This document shows positions 1 through 14,300 of a stretch of 64,000 nucleotides of DNA, piece by piece (the stretch's first letter is position 1; each line of letters starts with the position of its first letter). The stretch comes from Euglena gracilis (Eukaryota): positions 14,116,387 to 14,180,386 of the forward strand of contig CP154954.1 in the NCBI GenBank assembly GCA_039621445.1. The letters are read 5' to 3'. Made by a program: the position numbers and the translations under genes. Below the pieces are notes generated by a model. The model did no database searches. It was not told the DNA's origin and was given only the letters and a program-made list of their open reading frames with translations.

Positions 1-1904
1 TCCCAGAAACCGGGCATCCGGTCCAGGACAACTTCATTCGAATGAGGGTATCCCTCAAACGCATGAAGTTCGGCACTGTAGAAAAAACGTTTGCAGTGAT
101 CGTTCATACGATTCTGCACCACTTCGAGCACCGCATCCGGTGGTCGGTGGATCACGTTGCCTGCCCTTGTGAACCTTTGGAGATCTTCGTCGATTTTCGG
201 CCAGATCTCCTCCAGGTACTTGAACACGGAGGCTACGTCATAATCCTTCGTTTTCGAAGGTTCGGCGGCTTTTCCGCCCTTGCCTGCTGTCGGTCCGGCA
301 GGTTTTCCGCCTTTGCCTGGAGTTGGCCAAGCGGCTTTTCCGCCTTTGCCAGGTGGGGCTTTCCCACCTTTCTCCTGGCCTTTGCCTTTCCCCTTCCCCT
401 TCCCTTTACCTTTACCCTTACCCTTTGTGTTCGACAGCCATTCGAATGTTGCCCAGTAATCCCAGTATTCTGGGTCTTCTGGTGTAAACACAGGGTAAGT
501 CACGGATTCCGTGCTTGGCGTTCGAGCAAATTCCTGCTCAGCGTCACCACGATGCGAGTAAACCGGTGCGACTGGGAATGGTCGGGTTTCCCGACGGGCC
601 CGTTCTGCCGTCACGTCTGGCGCTGGCGGAGCTTCCTCCTCAGCGTTGACGTGCATCGCCGCGGGCGGATTTTCCGACCTCGGCGAGCGGCGCTGTGGCT
701 GCGGCGTCAGATTTTCCGGGCCGCGGTCACGCTTGCCGGCGGCAGAGCTTGTGGGTCGTGCTGATGGCGCTTCCGCCACAGCAACATCCTGCTGTCGCGC
801 TGGTTGACTTGATCGTGATGGAGCTGGGACTCCGGTGAGAGCCGACACAGCAGCATCATACTGCTGGCGCTCTTCTCGTGTCATTTCCGCCCGGGCAGGG
901 TATTCTTGGCCGGCGGAAACAGGCGGACGACGTGCTATTTGTCGTTGGATTGTCACAGCATATTCATACTGTTGACTCTCCTCCTCAGTCTCGAACGGCC
1001 GGCCAGTCCACGGGTTAACGGGTTCATCCCGTTCCGGGGGAACTGGTGCCGCACGAGGCGCTACCGCGGCTTCCCGCGGACGAGCGCTTCGGGCAGAGTC
1101 AGACGTCGGGGGAGGGTTTCCCTCCGCAGGGCGTCGTGGGATAGGGTCAGGTATGGTTGGGTGGGGTTGAGGTGGATACACGTACTGATCCCGTGACATT
1201 GGCGCCTCCTGGGGGTAATCCCCAGAGACGGTGTACTGAGACACAGGCTCCTGCGCAGGATAATCCCTCCGGGGCATGCGCTCAGGGGATCGAAAAATAC
1301 TTTCTTTCACACGTGGGTGTTCACTCCGGACAGGTGCTTCCACTGTCTCTTCCTCGGGTAATCCGGGGGAGTGAGCACGAAAATGTGCGGTGTAAGTACC
1401 AACTGGTGGTACCTGCCGTGCTACCTGTGGCGGGACTTCCACGCCCAGGTCACGCATGGTAATGTCCGCCGCGAATCCCGACGCGTCCGGGTGGGTGTAA
1501 TACACCAAACCGGTCATCGTCGCCTGGGCGCACATACACCACAGGGCTGGAGGGGTATTCGCGATGGTCAAAATTTTACGGCAGTGGTCATCCCACAATG
1601 CCTGGGTGAGTTGGTCGGGTGCCGGGTTTGCGCTCATACGCATAACCCGGTTCATCGTCTCCGCTGTGCGGTGGATCATCACACCCGCGTACGGTGGGAG
1701 GCGACGGGAGCCTGATGGCTGAGATGGCCGCGCTTCCGCGGGCATCTGGGTCATCCTGCTACTGCTGCTGGCTTCAGGGTTTCCCTGAGCCGCAGTCCGT
1801 GCAGGTGGCTGCGTACCGTATCGGTACGCATACTGGTCAGGTTGAGGGTGAGTGGTGGGGTGGTAAGGCGGTCCTCCGCCTGGCTCCCTTCCACCGGGCA
1901 GCAT
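1..1904 (-). CDS. Extra ORF downstream of pol in element 1 (at least 634 codons, open to the window edge); Pro/Arg-rich with KG and GKGGK repeats; function unknown
   Basis: Manual translation from ATG 1904 has no stop before position 1: MLPGGREPGG...EYWDYWATFEWLSNTKGKGKGKG...DYDVASVFKYLEEIWPKIDED. It is absent from the ORF track because there is no in-window stop. Confidence 0.75.
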   Translation of the reverse strand, partial: MLPGGREPGGGPPYHPTTHPQPDQYAYRYGTQPPARTAAQGNPEASSSSRMTQMPAEARPSQPSGSRRLPPYAGVMIHRTAETMNRVMRMSANPAPDQLTQALWDDHCRKILTIANTPPALWCMCAQATMTGLVYYTHPDASGFAADITMRDLGVEVPPQVARQVPPVGTYTAHFRAHSPGLPEEETVEAPVRSEHPRVKESIFRSPERMPRRDYPAQEPVSQYTVSGDYPQEAPMSRDQYVYPPQPHPTIPDPIPRRPAEGNPPPTSDSARSARPREAAVAPRAAPVPPERDEPVNPWTGRPFETEEESQQYEYAVTIQRQIARRPPVSAGQEYPARAEMTREERQQYDAAVSALTGVPAPSRSSQPARQQDVAVAEAPSARPTSSAAGKRDRGPENLTPQPQRRSPRSENPPAAMHVNAEEEAPPAPDVTAERARRETRPFPVAPVYSHRGDAEQEFARTPSTESVTYPVFTPEDPEYWDYWATFEWLSNTKGKGKGKGKGKGKGKGQEKGGKAPPGKGGKAAWPTPGKGGKPAGPTAGKGGKAAEPSKTKDYDVASVFKYLEEIWPKIDEDLQRFTRAGNVIHRPPDAVLEVVQNRMNDHCKRFFYSAELHAFEGYPHSNEVVLDRMPGFW

Positions 1905-2048
1905 GATACCGCCCGGGGTCGGTACGGTGGGATAGGTAGGTTGTTGGTAACCGCTTGAGTATTATTTGCTAGAAAGTCTGCGGAAAGAAAGAATGATAAG
2001 AATCAATGATAAAAAGAAGGGAAAACAACATGGGTTTCCCATGCGTTC

Positions 2049-5000
2049 TCAAAAATTTGTCATGGAAACATCAATGTTATGCTTCTTGTTCCACAGCTTC
2101 CAATCTTGCTGGACATACCCAACAAAACTGGTTGCTGGCTCACAAGTGTCCTCCTCGGGCCCATACCCTTTCCAGCGGACCTTCCAAATGTGCATACCTT
2201 TGTCGATTTTGTGATCGATAATTTTATCGACTACAAAGTCGTCCGTCTCAGGTAATCTGGAACGGGGTTTGAAGTGCTGACACGGAATGGGTTTCCCATC
2301 CGGTGGCGATAGGTATGGTTTGAAGTCGTCCATATGAACGTCCTCAACACCATTCGGTAATGCAACCTTGTAACGCCCGCTGGTACCTAGTCTTTCTAGG
2401 ATTTCACAGAGGCCGAGCCAGAGGGGGTCCAGCTTGGAAGACTGCAAGCGAGTACGGCTATTCCGCACCCACACGCGGTCACCGGGACTATACACAGGTG
2501 ACCTGAAATTCTGCAAAAACGATTTCCGTTTATTTGCATGAATATCAGTCACGCGCTGCTGGACTTCAGAACGTAGATTTTCTACTTCCGCAAACCAGGT
2601 ATCGCAACTGACACTCGTTCGGGCGGGTCTTTCCGAAGGGACATCCCCTATGGCCGGAGGGTCCCGTCCGAAAACTAATTTATAGGGGGAGTGTGGTAAA
2701 ACCAACCCTGGTAGCGTATTGATATAAAACAAAGACCATGGTAGAACTGATATCCAGTTGCTGCGCGAGTCAGCCAGTGAAAGGCGAAGCATATTCACGA
2801 CGGATTTCACGGCTGCCTCGGCTCTACCATTGCCTTGTGGTCGGTATATAATGCAAAAATGTTGCTCAATTCCGAGTAAACCGCACAAAGTGGTGAAAAA
2901 CCTTGAAGACATCAAATGGTCTTGATCACTCACGATTTCATTCGGTAAACCCATTAAGCAAATACATTTCTCCAAAAATATAGTTGCCAAACTTTGGGCA
3001 GTCAACCCTGACTTCTGGCATGGAATGGCTACAATGTACCCACTCAGCCTGCAGACGACAACAAAAATGTAATCGTAAATTTTGTCGTCCGTTCCTTTGC
3101 ACGGTTCTAATTCCAGAAAATACATGCAGAGGGATGTAAAAATGTCAGGGGGTACGGGGAAAAAGTCCATCGTACCAGGGGGGGTACCTCTGCGGGGTTT
3201 TACCGCTTGACAAATTTGACACCGTTGCGCTATTCGCAAACAGCGTGAGTAAAGCTCTTTCTCGCTCAGGGTTGTGCAATACCTGCGGCCCACCAAGGAA
3301 AGAAGTTTGGCGGCCCCAGGGTGACCATGGTTGTGATAGCACAAAATCACATCATCAACCAGGTCCTGGGGGATACAATATTTGTAACCCGACTCATTGC
3401 GAAAAACCAACCGTAAAGGTGAAAGAGTGTAATTGTCCAGCACTTCGCCATTACGAAGTCTGGTGACAATGGTGTCATACACCGGATCACGACTATAATC
3501 CCATTCGCGAAAGAACAGTGGGGAAGGGGACTCCGTGCGCGTAATACGCCGGGGTCCGGACGTGCTTCCACGTCGGCGCCTTCCACGCACTGGTGCGACC
3601 AGGAATAGTTGTGAAACGGGAAAAGAATCCAAAAGATTATCCGCAGCGTCGTTTCGACGTGCGTACTCGTCAGCTTCCTGACTTCCATGAAAAGTCGCGT
3701 CTCCATCATCCGGGTTCCCAGGGTAATACCAAGGGGCCCGACTGAGCGGATCCGCTACTTTTTGTGTGTGACCAGGGGTATAAATAACCACAAGGTTGAA
3801 TTGACTCAGGAACTCATGCCATCTGCATCGCCTTCCGACTGATGACATGGCCTTGTTCAAATCCTCGGTGTACCAGCGTTGGAGACTCTCATGGTCGGTC
3901 TTGACGAGGATCTGGACGAGGCTGCTGGCTACCCAGCTTCGAAATTTCTGGAGTATAAGCACGATTGCGTAGGTTTCCTTCTCGCGTATACTCCACTTGA
4001 CTTGACCTTTTCCGTCGTCGCCCTATAACTTTCTGCTGAAGAAAGCCACAGGTCAGAGCTCATTCGCCGCATTATGCTGGCTAAGAACTCCGCCAACAGC
4101 GTAATCGCTGCTGTCGACTTCCAGTACATATGGTTTGTATGGGTCCGCGATTTCGAGGACAACATTCTCCAAAAGCGAAACCTTGATTTTCTCAAGGGCC
4201 TGGCGCATTTGGTCATCCCAAATGACTTTGGTGTTGTCAACAGCCCGATTTTTGAGCTGTTTGATGAGGGGCACCGCGATTTTCGCGAAGTCCTTCATTC
4301 AAATCGCGTAATATTGGGCTAATCCCAAAAATCCTTTGAGGTGTGTAATCGTTTTGATTACCTCAGGGGTCCATTTCTTAATGGCTTCGAGTTTACTCGG
4401 AGCGGCTTTCCGCTGTCCATTGCTGAGGATGTGACCGCAAAATTTTATAAGTATCCGAAACAAATGCATTTTCGCGCCTTTCGCGAAAAGCACATGTTTT
4501 TGAAAAGCGGTTAATACCGCGCAAACATGGTGGAAGTGTGTGACGAGGATATCCTCGCTCGATTTTGCGGATGGTGGTGGTGTTCCCACCAGCACATCAT
4601 CAATGTACACAATGGCAAACGGTAAATCGCGTAGAACCCATTGTATCATGCGCTGAAACATGGCTGGGCCATTCTTAACACCCATGGGGAGTACCGTCCA
4701 TTGGTACACACCTTTGGATGTCACGAATGCCGTGTATGGTTGGGAGTCAGGGTGCAAGTGCATTTGGTGAAAACCGTCCTCCAGATCGAAAATTGACCAC
4801 AACCGGTTTTCCGATTGTTTGGTGATCAAAACCTCGATCAGGGGGAGCGGGAAGGGATCATCCCTTGTTTGGGAGTTCAGGTACCGGTAATCCAGCACCA
4901 GTCTCCGTTTCTTCTGACCTGAAGGGTCTGGGGGTTTAGGAACAACAAATGCCTGGGATGTCCACTCGCTTTTCGTGGGTACAATCCACTTGCGCTGAAT

Positions 5001-5322
5001 AAGCTTCTCAATCATTTCATTGAGAGCTTGTTCGCGTTCTCTTGAACAACGAAAAAATTTCCGGTGCATTGGTTTAGCTCCTTCCTTAAGCTCGATCTTG
5101 CCAACACCGAACGGACCGCGTACCGCGGGGTCGATGTCGCACGCGTATACTGGATTTTCCAGCACACCGTGAAATTCGCGGGTAATCCGCGAACAGAATT
5201 CGGCTGATTTAGGATGCTGACCTGCACTCTCGATGACTGCGGAAACCGCCAGGGTATCCCTGGGGCTACCGAGCTTCCTCGGCACCGCGAATTCGGACAT
5301 TCCGAATGCATCGGAGAAACAT
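2049..5322 (-). pseudogene. pol: Gypsy pol: RT, RNase H, integrase and chromodomain; protease absent; nonsense codons
   Basis: Motifs RLVLDYRYLN, FDLEDGFHQ, LPMG, YIDD, VDSSDYAVGG, TDH, HxxGH...CxxC, IVSDQ, GNGRAE and chromo VDKIIDH...KVRWKGY. In-frame stops at 4299, 4053 and 4023. The integrase MDF motif reads MYF. Confidence 0.93.
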
Positions 5323-8300
5323 GAAGAGGATGATCCACTTCGCGAACGAGATCGTGAAAAGTCGCGATTGAAATCCCGTTTTCGGGTAGGGGGTCCAGGT
5401 GACCGACCGCGAGAAGGACGGGTTTCCCGACCATCACGCGATGGTAACTTGGGCCTACTACCGCTAAAGCGGTGCTCCGAAGACCGTGAAACTCCCGACT
5501 GACGTGAAAACGCCGAGGAACCCGATCCCCGTGAGGAGGTCGAGCCCCTTGGGCTTCCAATACGCTTTCGCGCATCGGGATTCGGGCATTCCCGAGACAT
5601 GTGACCAGATTTGTTGCACAAAAAGCACAGTTTATCCATGCCTTGGTCCGAAGAACGCTGATTCCGCGTTTTCGGTCCCGTGGTGGGTGATCTTGGTGAC
5701 ATGGGTGATTTTTGCAACACATTAACCGCACCCGCAGGGATTCCCGCGGTGGGATGCGTTTTGAAAGCGGACTGTATTTGTCCCAAAACTTGTGTGAGTT
5801 TGAGTTGCTTTGACACATAATTCCAACGTTGGGCAAGTGTCATCTCATGCCCTGCCAATTCCTCGCGATGGATATCCTTCACGAGGGATGGTGTGAAATG
5901 CAACAAAACCGCATCGAATTGTTCGCGCATTTGCTTCTCGCTAAGTTCATCAACTTCGGAAGCAAGTGCTAACCATTTGGCATACCAAAGGTCAATGGAT
6001 TTCCATTTGCGATCCGATGGCGCGCATTGTCGCCATTTCTTCTCCAGGTAATCCTGGTGACCAGACTTGAGTTGGTTGAAGCGTATTGCTCAACCAGGTC
6101 ATCAAATGATACGCCATTACGTATCACCAAATTGCGTGCGCGTTCTCGCTCCTCCCTCGGTAGGCAATCGATGAATTCCATCTTGACTACCTCGGGATTC
6201 GGGTCTTGGGTGGGTCCCTTTAGTGCCCAATAGTACTCCCAGTCCCGAAAAAATTGACTCCATGTGGTTGGATCCCCGTCCCATTGGGGCTTCACCTTAT
6301 TCGCGATTGCGATGGTGCCCTTGAAGTCTCTCTGAGTAACCCGATGACCCTCGGTGGTATTCCAGGGGTTTGGGTCCGGGTAATTCTTAACACCAAACGC
6401 GTTTCGCGGATTTTCCGCTCCATGTGAACCTCGCGCAGGATTTCCCGCACCAAGTGTAGGTGTGGCAGGATTTTCCTGCGGGAATTGCGAAAAATGTGGT
6501 GAATTTCTCCCGGTGGGGCGGGTTTCCCGCCGAAAACTCGATGGGTGATCTGGTAATCCAGAACCCGATGGTGGTTGGTATGATCGCGAATGCGACACAT
6601 GACCAATACCAGGAGTGGGGTGTTGGCTCATTCCTTGTACCAGGTTGGAATGTTGAATTTCTTGGTGGAGACTCGAATTTTCGAGCGGGGGATCAATTTC
6701 CTCATCAGAAATATGTCGTGAAAAGTGGGTTTGTGGTGTGGGCCAATGCAAAGGTGGTACAATTCGCGTTTTCGCGGGTGGTTGTACCAAATTCGCGGTG
6801 GATGTAGGGATTCCTACTCCAGAAATGGTAATTTGAGAACACGATTCCGGGACATTTGGAATACCAACCGCAGCGCTTACCGCGGTGGGTGGTGGCATAA
6901 CCGGTACCGGAGTGGACATTTTATCCAAACTCGCGGACAAGTCATGCACCGTTTCTTCCAAATGTTCCACCAACTGGAGTTGGCCGCAAATACGGTCAAC
7001 CTCAGTCTCCAAATGCCTAATGCGTTTGCGGTAACGGGAAAAATCGTCCAAGTGTGGTAACTTTTCAGAAACCAAGTGTAGGTCTTGGACAAGGTGTCCT
7101 TGGGACTCCTCCACATTCCGGAGTTGACCCGCAAGCGCTTTTACTGCATTTGAGACAATTTGCAATTGGTGGGGTGAATTGGTGGGGGTTTCCGCGGTGG
7201 TGTGCGAATTTTCCGCGGTTGGCTTTTCCAACAACGCAGAAATTCGTCCATCCAACCGTGAAACTTCATCTTGCATGGATCAGGCATTCCGATTCACAGA
7301 TTCCTCAAGTTGAATCAAACTCGTGCAAAATGCTTGCAAGGTTTCCTTGTTGTCACCAAGCATTTTGTTATAAAATGAGCGAAATTCCGGTGACTCGGAT
7401 ATCCGAGCGCGCGAAACATTGGGAAGTGCGCGAATTTCCGCTACTGTGGTGGACAACAAGGTGCAACGGGTTTGTAATTCCCCAATAGCGGCTTGAATAC
7501 CACTAATGTCAGGAATTCGCTTTGAAAGTGCGGAAACATGCTCCTGCAAACCGACAACGGTGGCATTAATACCGCCAATGTCCGTTTGCATTTGTTGTTG
7601 CGCGAAATCCAACCGTTGTGCGCAATCCGCGATTTTCGCGTGCAGGGTGGTTAATCCATCCTGATTTGCGGCACAATGGCAGGATTTTTGCTCCAAGTGT
7701 AGGATGCGTTCCTCCAAAACCTGGATTTGCGTACGGGGAACAAAATTTTCTTGCACTTTCGTTTGAAATTGCTTCAAATGCTCGATTTCCGAGCAAAGAT
7801 GCAAAATCCGTTGTTGGGTTTCTTGGAAAGAAGTAGTGAGTGTGGCAAAATGCTCAACCGCAACAAAGGTACCGATTTCCGGCATTTTGGGGGTAGCATT
7901 TTGCACGTGTAAATGGTGCTGCAATTGCAGTAGCATGGTTGAACATGATTCCACTTTGGCAAAAAGATGGCTCATACCATCTTGCACATGCAGAAACTTG
8001 GAATCAATCCGCGTTTCCGCTTCATGCAGTGTTTCACTGATTTGTTAGAAGTTTTGTGGAAGTTGGATGCGCAAAATACTGTCAACACTTTCTCGAAAAT
8101 GCTGAAGGTCTTTCCCCGCATTTTCAAAATTGTGTTGGCAATATTTGCCGATTTCCTGCAAATAATTCCAGCAATATTCCAGTTTGGTGTTGACAACCCT
8201 TTGATTGTCCTCATCAAACTGCAAAACTGTGTTGAGCATGGTTGCACATTCCGCAACACATTGGTGGACATGCAAAATTTGCTTGCTCAGCGGGTGATCC

Positions 8301-11300
8301 GCTGGGAGTTGACCGAGAATTCGGTAAACATCACCGGGGGTGAGGTTATCCCTCAGATCTTCCTCATAGTCCTCCACAATGGAAACGGCACCAGAGATTT
8401 CCGGTACCACCAGACGCATATCTGGGTTCCATGGCAAAGCAGGGAAAACCGCAGTTTCCGCGGGTAATCCCGGCAATGCGTGAAATGGTGTGGGGGGTGG
8501 AAATTGAGGGGTGAACGGGTTTCCCGTCGTGGTGAACGGGTTTCCCGTCGACCATGACCGGTGTACCGGGGTTTCCCCTGTGACTCGCGCGAAGAGGATG
8601 ATCCACTTCGCGAACGAGATCGTGAAGAGTCGCGATTGAAATCTTGTTTTTAGGTAGGGGGTCCAGGTGACCGACCGCGAGAAGGACGGGTTTCCCGACC
8701 ATCACGCGATGGTGACTTGGGCCTACTACCGCTAAAGCGGTGCTCCGAAGACCGTGAAACTCCCGACTGACGTGAAAACGCCGAGGAACCCGATCCCCGT
8801 GAGGAGATCGAGCCCCTTGGGCTTCCAATACGCTTTCGCGCATCGGGATTCGGGCATTCCCGAGACATGTGACCAGATTTGTTGCACAAAAAGCACAGTT
8901 TATCCATGCCTTGGTCCGAAGAACGCTGATTCCGCGTTTTCGGTCCCGTGGTGGGTGATCTTGGTGACATGGGTGATTTTTGCAACGCATTAACCGCACC
9001 CGCAGGGATTCCCGCGGTGGGATGCGTTTGGAAAGCGGACTGTATTTGTCCCAAAACTTGTGTGAGTTTGAGTTGCTTTGACACATAATTCCAACGTTGG
9101 GCAAGTGTCATCTCATGCCCTGCCAATTCCTCGCGATGGATATCCTTCACGAGGGATGGTGTGAAATGCAACAAAACCGCATCGAATTGTTCGCGCATTT
9201 GCTTCTCGCTAAGTTCATCAACTTCGGAAGCAAGTGCTAACCATTTGGCATACCAAAGGTCAATGGATTTCCATTTGCGATCCGATGGCGCGCATTGTCG
9301 CCATTTCTTCTCCAGGTAATCCTGGTGACCAGACTTGAGTCGGTTGAAGCGTATTGCTCAACCAGGTCATCAAATGATACGCCATTACGTATCACCAAAT
9401 TGCGTGCGCGTTCTCGCTCCTCCCTCGGTAGGCAATCGATGAATTCCATCTTGACTACCTCGGGATTCGGGTCTTGGGTGGGTCCCTTTAGTGCCCAATA
9501 GTACACCCAGTCCCGAAAAAAATGTCTCCATGTGGTTGGATCCCCGTCCCATTGGGGCTTCACCTTATTCGCGATTGCGATGGTGCCCTTGAAGTCTCTC
9601 TGAGTAACCCGATGACCCTCGGTGGTATTCCAGGGGTTTGGGTCCGGGTAATTCTTAACACCAAACGCGTTTCGCGGATTTTCCGCTCCATGTGAACCCC
9701 GCGCAGGATTTCCCGCACCAAGTGTAGGTGTGGCAGGATTTTCCTGCGGGAATTGCGAAAAATGTGGTGAATTTCTCCCGGTGGGGCGGGTTTCCCGCCG
9801 AAAACCCGATGGGTGATCTGGTAATCCAGAACCCGATGGTGGTTGGTATGATCGCGAATGCGACACATGACCAATACCAGGAGTGGGGTGTTGGCTCATT
9901 CCTTGTACCAGGTTGGAATGTTGAATTTCTTGGTGGAGACTCGAATTTTCGAGCGGGGGATCAATTTCCTCATCGGAAATATGTCGTGAAAAGTGGGTTT
10001 GTGGTGTGGGTCAATGCAAAGGTGGTACAAGTCGCGTTTTCGCGGGTGGTTGTACCAAATTCGCGGTGGATGTAGGGATTCCTACTCCAGAAATGGTAAT
10101 TTGAGAACACGATTCCGGGACATTTGGAATACCAACCGCAGCGCTTACCGCGGTGGGTGGTGGCATAACCGGTACCGGAGTGGACATTTTATCCAAACTC
10201 GCGGACAAGTCATGCACCGTTTCTTCCAAATGTTCCACCAACTGGAGTTGGCCGCAAATACGGTCAACCTCAGTCTCCAAATGCCTAATGCGTTTGCGGT
10301 AACGGGAAAAATCGTCCAAGTGTGGTAACTTTTCAGAAACCAAGTGTAGGTCTTGGACAAGGTGTCCTTGGGACTCCTCCACATTCCGGAGTTGACCCGC
10401 AAGCGCTTTTACTGCATTTGAGACAATTTGCAATTGGTGGGGTGAATTGGTGGGGGTTTCCGCGGTGGTGTGCGAATTTTCCGCGGTTGGCTTTTCCAAC
10501 AACGCAGAAATTCGTCCATCCAACCGTGAAACTTCATCTTGCATGGATCAGGCATTCCGATTCACAGATTCCTCAAGTTGAATCAAACTCGTGCAAAATG
10601 CTTGCAAGGTTTCCTTGTTGTCACCAAGCATTTTGTTATAAAATGAGCGAAATTCCGGTGACTCGGATATCCGAGCGCGCGAAACATTGGGAAGTGCGCG
10701 AATTTCCGCTACTGTGGTGGACAACAAGGTGCAACGGGTTTGTAATTCCCCAATAGCGGCTTGAATACCACTAATGTCAGGAATTCGCTTTGAAAGTGCG
10801 GAAACATGCTCCTGCAAACCGACAACGGTGGCATTAATACCGCCAATGTCCGTTTGCATTTGTTGTTGCGCGAAATCCAACCGTTGTGCGCAATTCACGT
10901 TTTTCGCGTGCAGGGTGGTTAATCCATCCTGATTTGCGGCACAATGGCAGGCTTTTTGCTCCAAGTGTAGGATGCGTTCCTCCAAAACCTGGATTTGCGT
11001 ACAGGGAACAAAATGTTCTTGCACTTTCGCTTGAAATTGCTTCAAATGCTCGATTTCCGAGCAAAGATGCAAAATCCGTTGTTGGGCTTCTTGGAAAGAA
11101 GTAGTGAGTGTGGCAAAATGCTCAACCGCAACAAAGGTACCGATTTCCGGCATTTTGGGGGTAGCATTTTGCACGTGTAATTGGTGCTGCAATTGCAGTA
11201 GCATGGTTGAACATGATTCCACTTTGGCAAAAAGATGGCTCATACCATCTTGCACATGCAGAAACTTGGAATTATTCCGCGTTTCCGCTTCATGCAGTGT

Positions 11301-14300
11301 TTCACTGATTTGTTGGAAGTTTTGTGGAAGTTGGATGCGCAAAATACTGTCAACACTTTCTCGAAAATGCTGAAGGTCTTTCCCCGCATTTTCAAAATTG
11401 TGTTGGCAATATTTGCCGATTTCCTGCAAATAATTCCAGCAATATTCCAGTTTGGTGTTGACAACCCTTTGATTGTCCTCATCAAACTGCAAAACCTTGT
11501 TGAGCATGGTTGCACATTCCGCAACACATTGGTGGACATGCAAAATTTGCTTGCTCAGCGGGTGATCCGCTGGGAGTTGACCGAGAATTCGGTAAACATC
11601 ACCGGGGGTGAGGTTATCCCTCAGATCTTCCTCATAGTCCTCCACAATGGAAACGGCACCAGAGATTTCCGGTACCACCAGACGCATATCTGGGTTCCAT
11701 GGCAAAGCAGGGAAAACCGCAGTTTCCGCGGGTAATCCCGGCAATGCGTGAAATGGTGTGGGGGGTGGAAATTGAGGGGTGAACGGGTTTCCCGTCGTGG
11801 TGAACGGGTTTCCCGTCGACCATGACCGGTGTACCGGGGTTTCCCCGGTGACTCGCGCGAAGAGGATGATCCACTTCGCGAACGAGATCGTGAAGAGTCA
11901 CGATTGAAATCTTGTTTTCGGGTAGGGGGTCCAGGTGACCGACCGCGAGAAGGACGGGTTTCCCGACCATCACGCGATGGTGACTTGGGCCTACTACCGC
12001 TAAGGCGGTGCTCCGAAGACCGTGAAACTCCCGACTGACGTGAAAACGCCGAGGAACCCGATCCCCGTGAGGAGATCGAGCCCCTTGGGCTTCCAATACG
12101 CTTTCGCGCATCGGGATTCGGGCATTCCCGAGACATGTGACCAGATTTGTTGCACAAAAAGCACAGTTTATCCATGCCTTGGTCCGAAGAACGCTGATTC
12201 CGCGTTTTCGGTCCCGTGGTGGGTGATCTTGGTGACATGGGTGATTTTTGCAACGCATTAACCGCACCCGCAGGGATTCCCGCGGTGGGATGCGTTTGGA
12301 AAGCGGACTGTATTTGTCCCAAAACTTGTGTGAGTTTGAGTTGCTTTGACACATAATTCCAACGTTGGGCAAGTGTCATCTCATGCCCTGCCAATTCCTC
12401 GCGATGGATATCCTTCACGAGGGATGGTGTGAAATGCAACAAAACCGCATCGAATTGTTCGCGCATTTGCTTCTCGCTAAGTTCATCAACTTCGGAAGCA
12501 AGTGCTAACCATTTGGCATACCAAAGGTCAATGGATTTCCATTTGCGATCCGATGGCGCGCATTGTCGCCATTTCTTCTCCAGGTAATCCTGGTGACCAG
12601 ACTTGAGTTGGTTGAAGCGTATTGCTCAACCAGGTCATCAAATGATACGCCATTACGTATCACCAAATTGCGTGCGCGTTCTCGCTCCTCCCTCGGTAGG
12701 CAATCGATGAATTCCATCTTGACTACCTCGGGATTCGGGTCTTGGGTGGGTCCCTTTAGTGCCCAATAGTACTCCCAGTCCCGAAAAAATTGACTCCATG
12801 TGGTTGGATCCCCGTCCCATTGGGGCTTCACCTTATTCGCGATTGCGATGGTGCCCTTGAAGTCTCTCTGAGTAACCCGATGACCCTCGGTGGTATTCCA
12901 GGGGTTTGGGTCCGGGTAATTCTTAACACCAAACGCGTTTCGCGGATTTTCCGCTCCATGTGAACCCCGCGCAGGATTTCCCGCACCAAGTGTAGGTGTG
13001 GCAGGATTTTCCTGCGGGAATTGCGAAAAATGTGGTGAATTTCTCCCGGTGGGGCGGGTTTCCCGCCGAAAACCCGATGGGTGATCTGGTAATCCAGAAC
13101 CCGATGGTGGTTGGTATGATCGCGAATGCGACACATGACCAATACCAGGAGTGGGGTGTTGGCTCATTCCTTGTACCAGGTTGGAATGTTGAATTTCTTG
13201 GTGGAGACTCGAATTTTCGAGCGGGGGATCAATTTCCTCATCAGAAATATGTCGTGAAAAGTGGGTTTGTGGTGTGGGCCAATGCAAAGGTGGTACAATT
13301 CGCGTTTTCGCGGGTGGTTGTACCAAATTCGCGGTGGATGTAGGGATTCCTACTCCAGAAATGGTAATTTGAGAACACGATTCCGGGACATTTGGAATAC
13401 CAACCGCAGCGCTTACCGCGGTGGGTGGTGGCATAACCGGTACCGGAGTGGACATTTTATCCAAACTCGCGGACAAGTCATGCACCGTTTCTTCCAAATG
13501 TTCCACCAACTGGAGTTGGCCGCAAATACGGTCAACCTCAGTCTCCAAATGCCTAATGCGTTTGCGGTAACGGGAAAAATCGTCCAAGTGTGGTAACTTT
13601 TCAGAAACCAAGTGTAGGTCTTGGACAAGGTGTCCTTGGGACTCCTCCACATTCCGGAGTTGACCCGCAAGCGCTTTTACTGCATTTGAGACAATTTGCA
13701 ATTGGTGGGGTGAATTGGTGGGGGTTTCCGCGGTGGTGTGCGAATTTTCCGCGGTTGGCTTTTCCAACAACGCAGAAATTCGTCCATCCAACCGTGAAAC
13801 TTCATCTTGCATGGATCAGGCATTCCGATTCACAGATTCCTCAAGTTGAATCAAACTCGTGCAAAATGCTTGCAAGGTTTCCTTGTTGTCACCAAGCATT
13901 TTGTTATAAAATGAGCGAAATTCCGGTGACTCGGATATCCGAGCGCGCGAAACATTGGGAAGTGCGCGAATTTCCGCTACTGTGGTGGACAACAAGGTGC
14001 AACGGGTTTGTAATTCCCCAATAGCGGCTTGAATACCACTAATGTCAGGAATTCGCTTTGAAAGTGCGGAAACATGCTCCTGCAAACCGACAACGGTGGC
14101 ATTAATACCGCCAATGTCCGTTTGCATTTGTTGTTGCGCGAAATCCAACCGTTGTGCGCAATCCGCGTTTTTCGCGTGCAGGGTGGTTAATCCATCCTGA
14201 TTTGCGGCACAATGGCAGGATTTTTGCTCCAATTGTAGGATGCGTTCCTCCAAAACCTGGATTTGCGTACGGGGAACAAAATGTTCTTGCACTTTCGCTT

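Noticed and set aside
260-350. gcggcttttccgcc mini-palindromes resembling the right-end motif
   Set aside because: They are a by-product of GKGGK codon repeats in the minus-strand ORF, and the arms differ.
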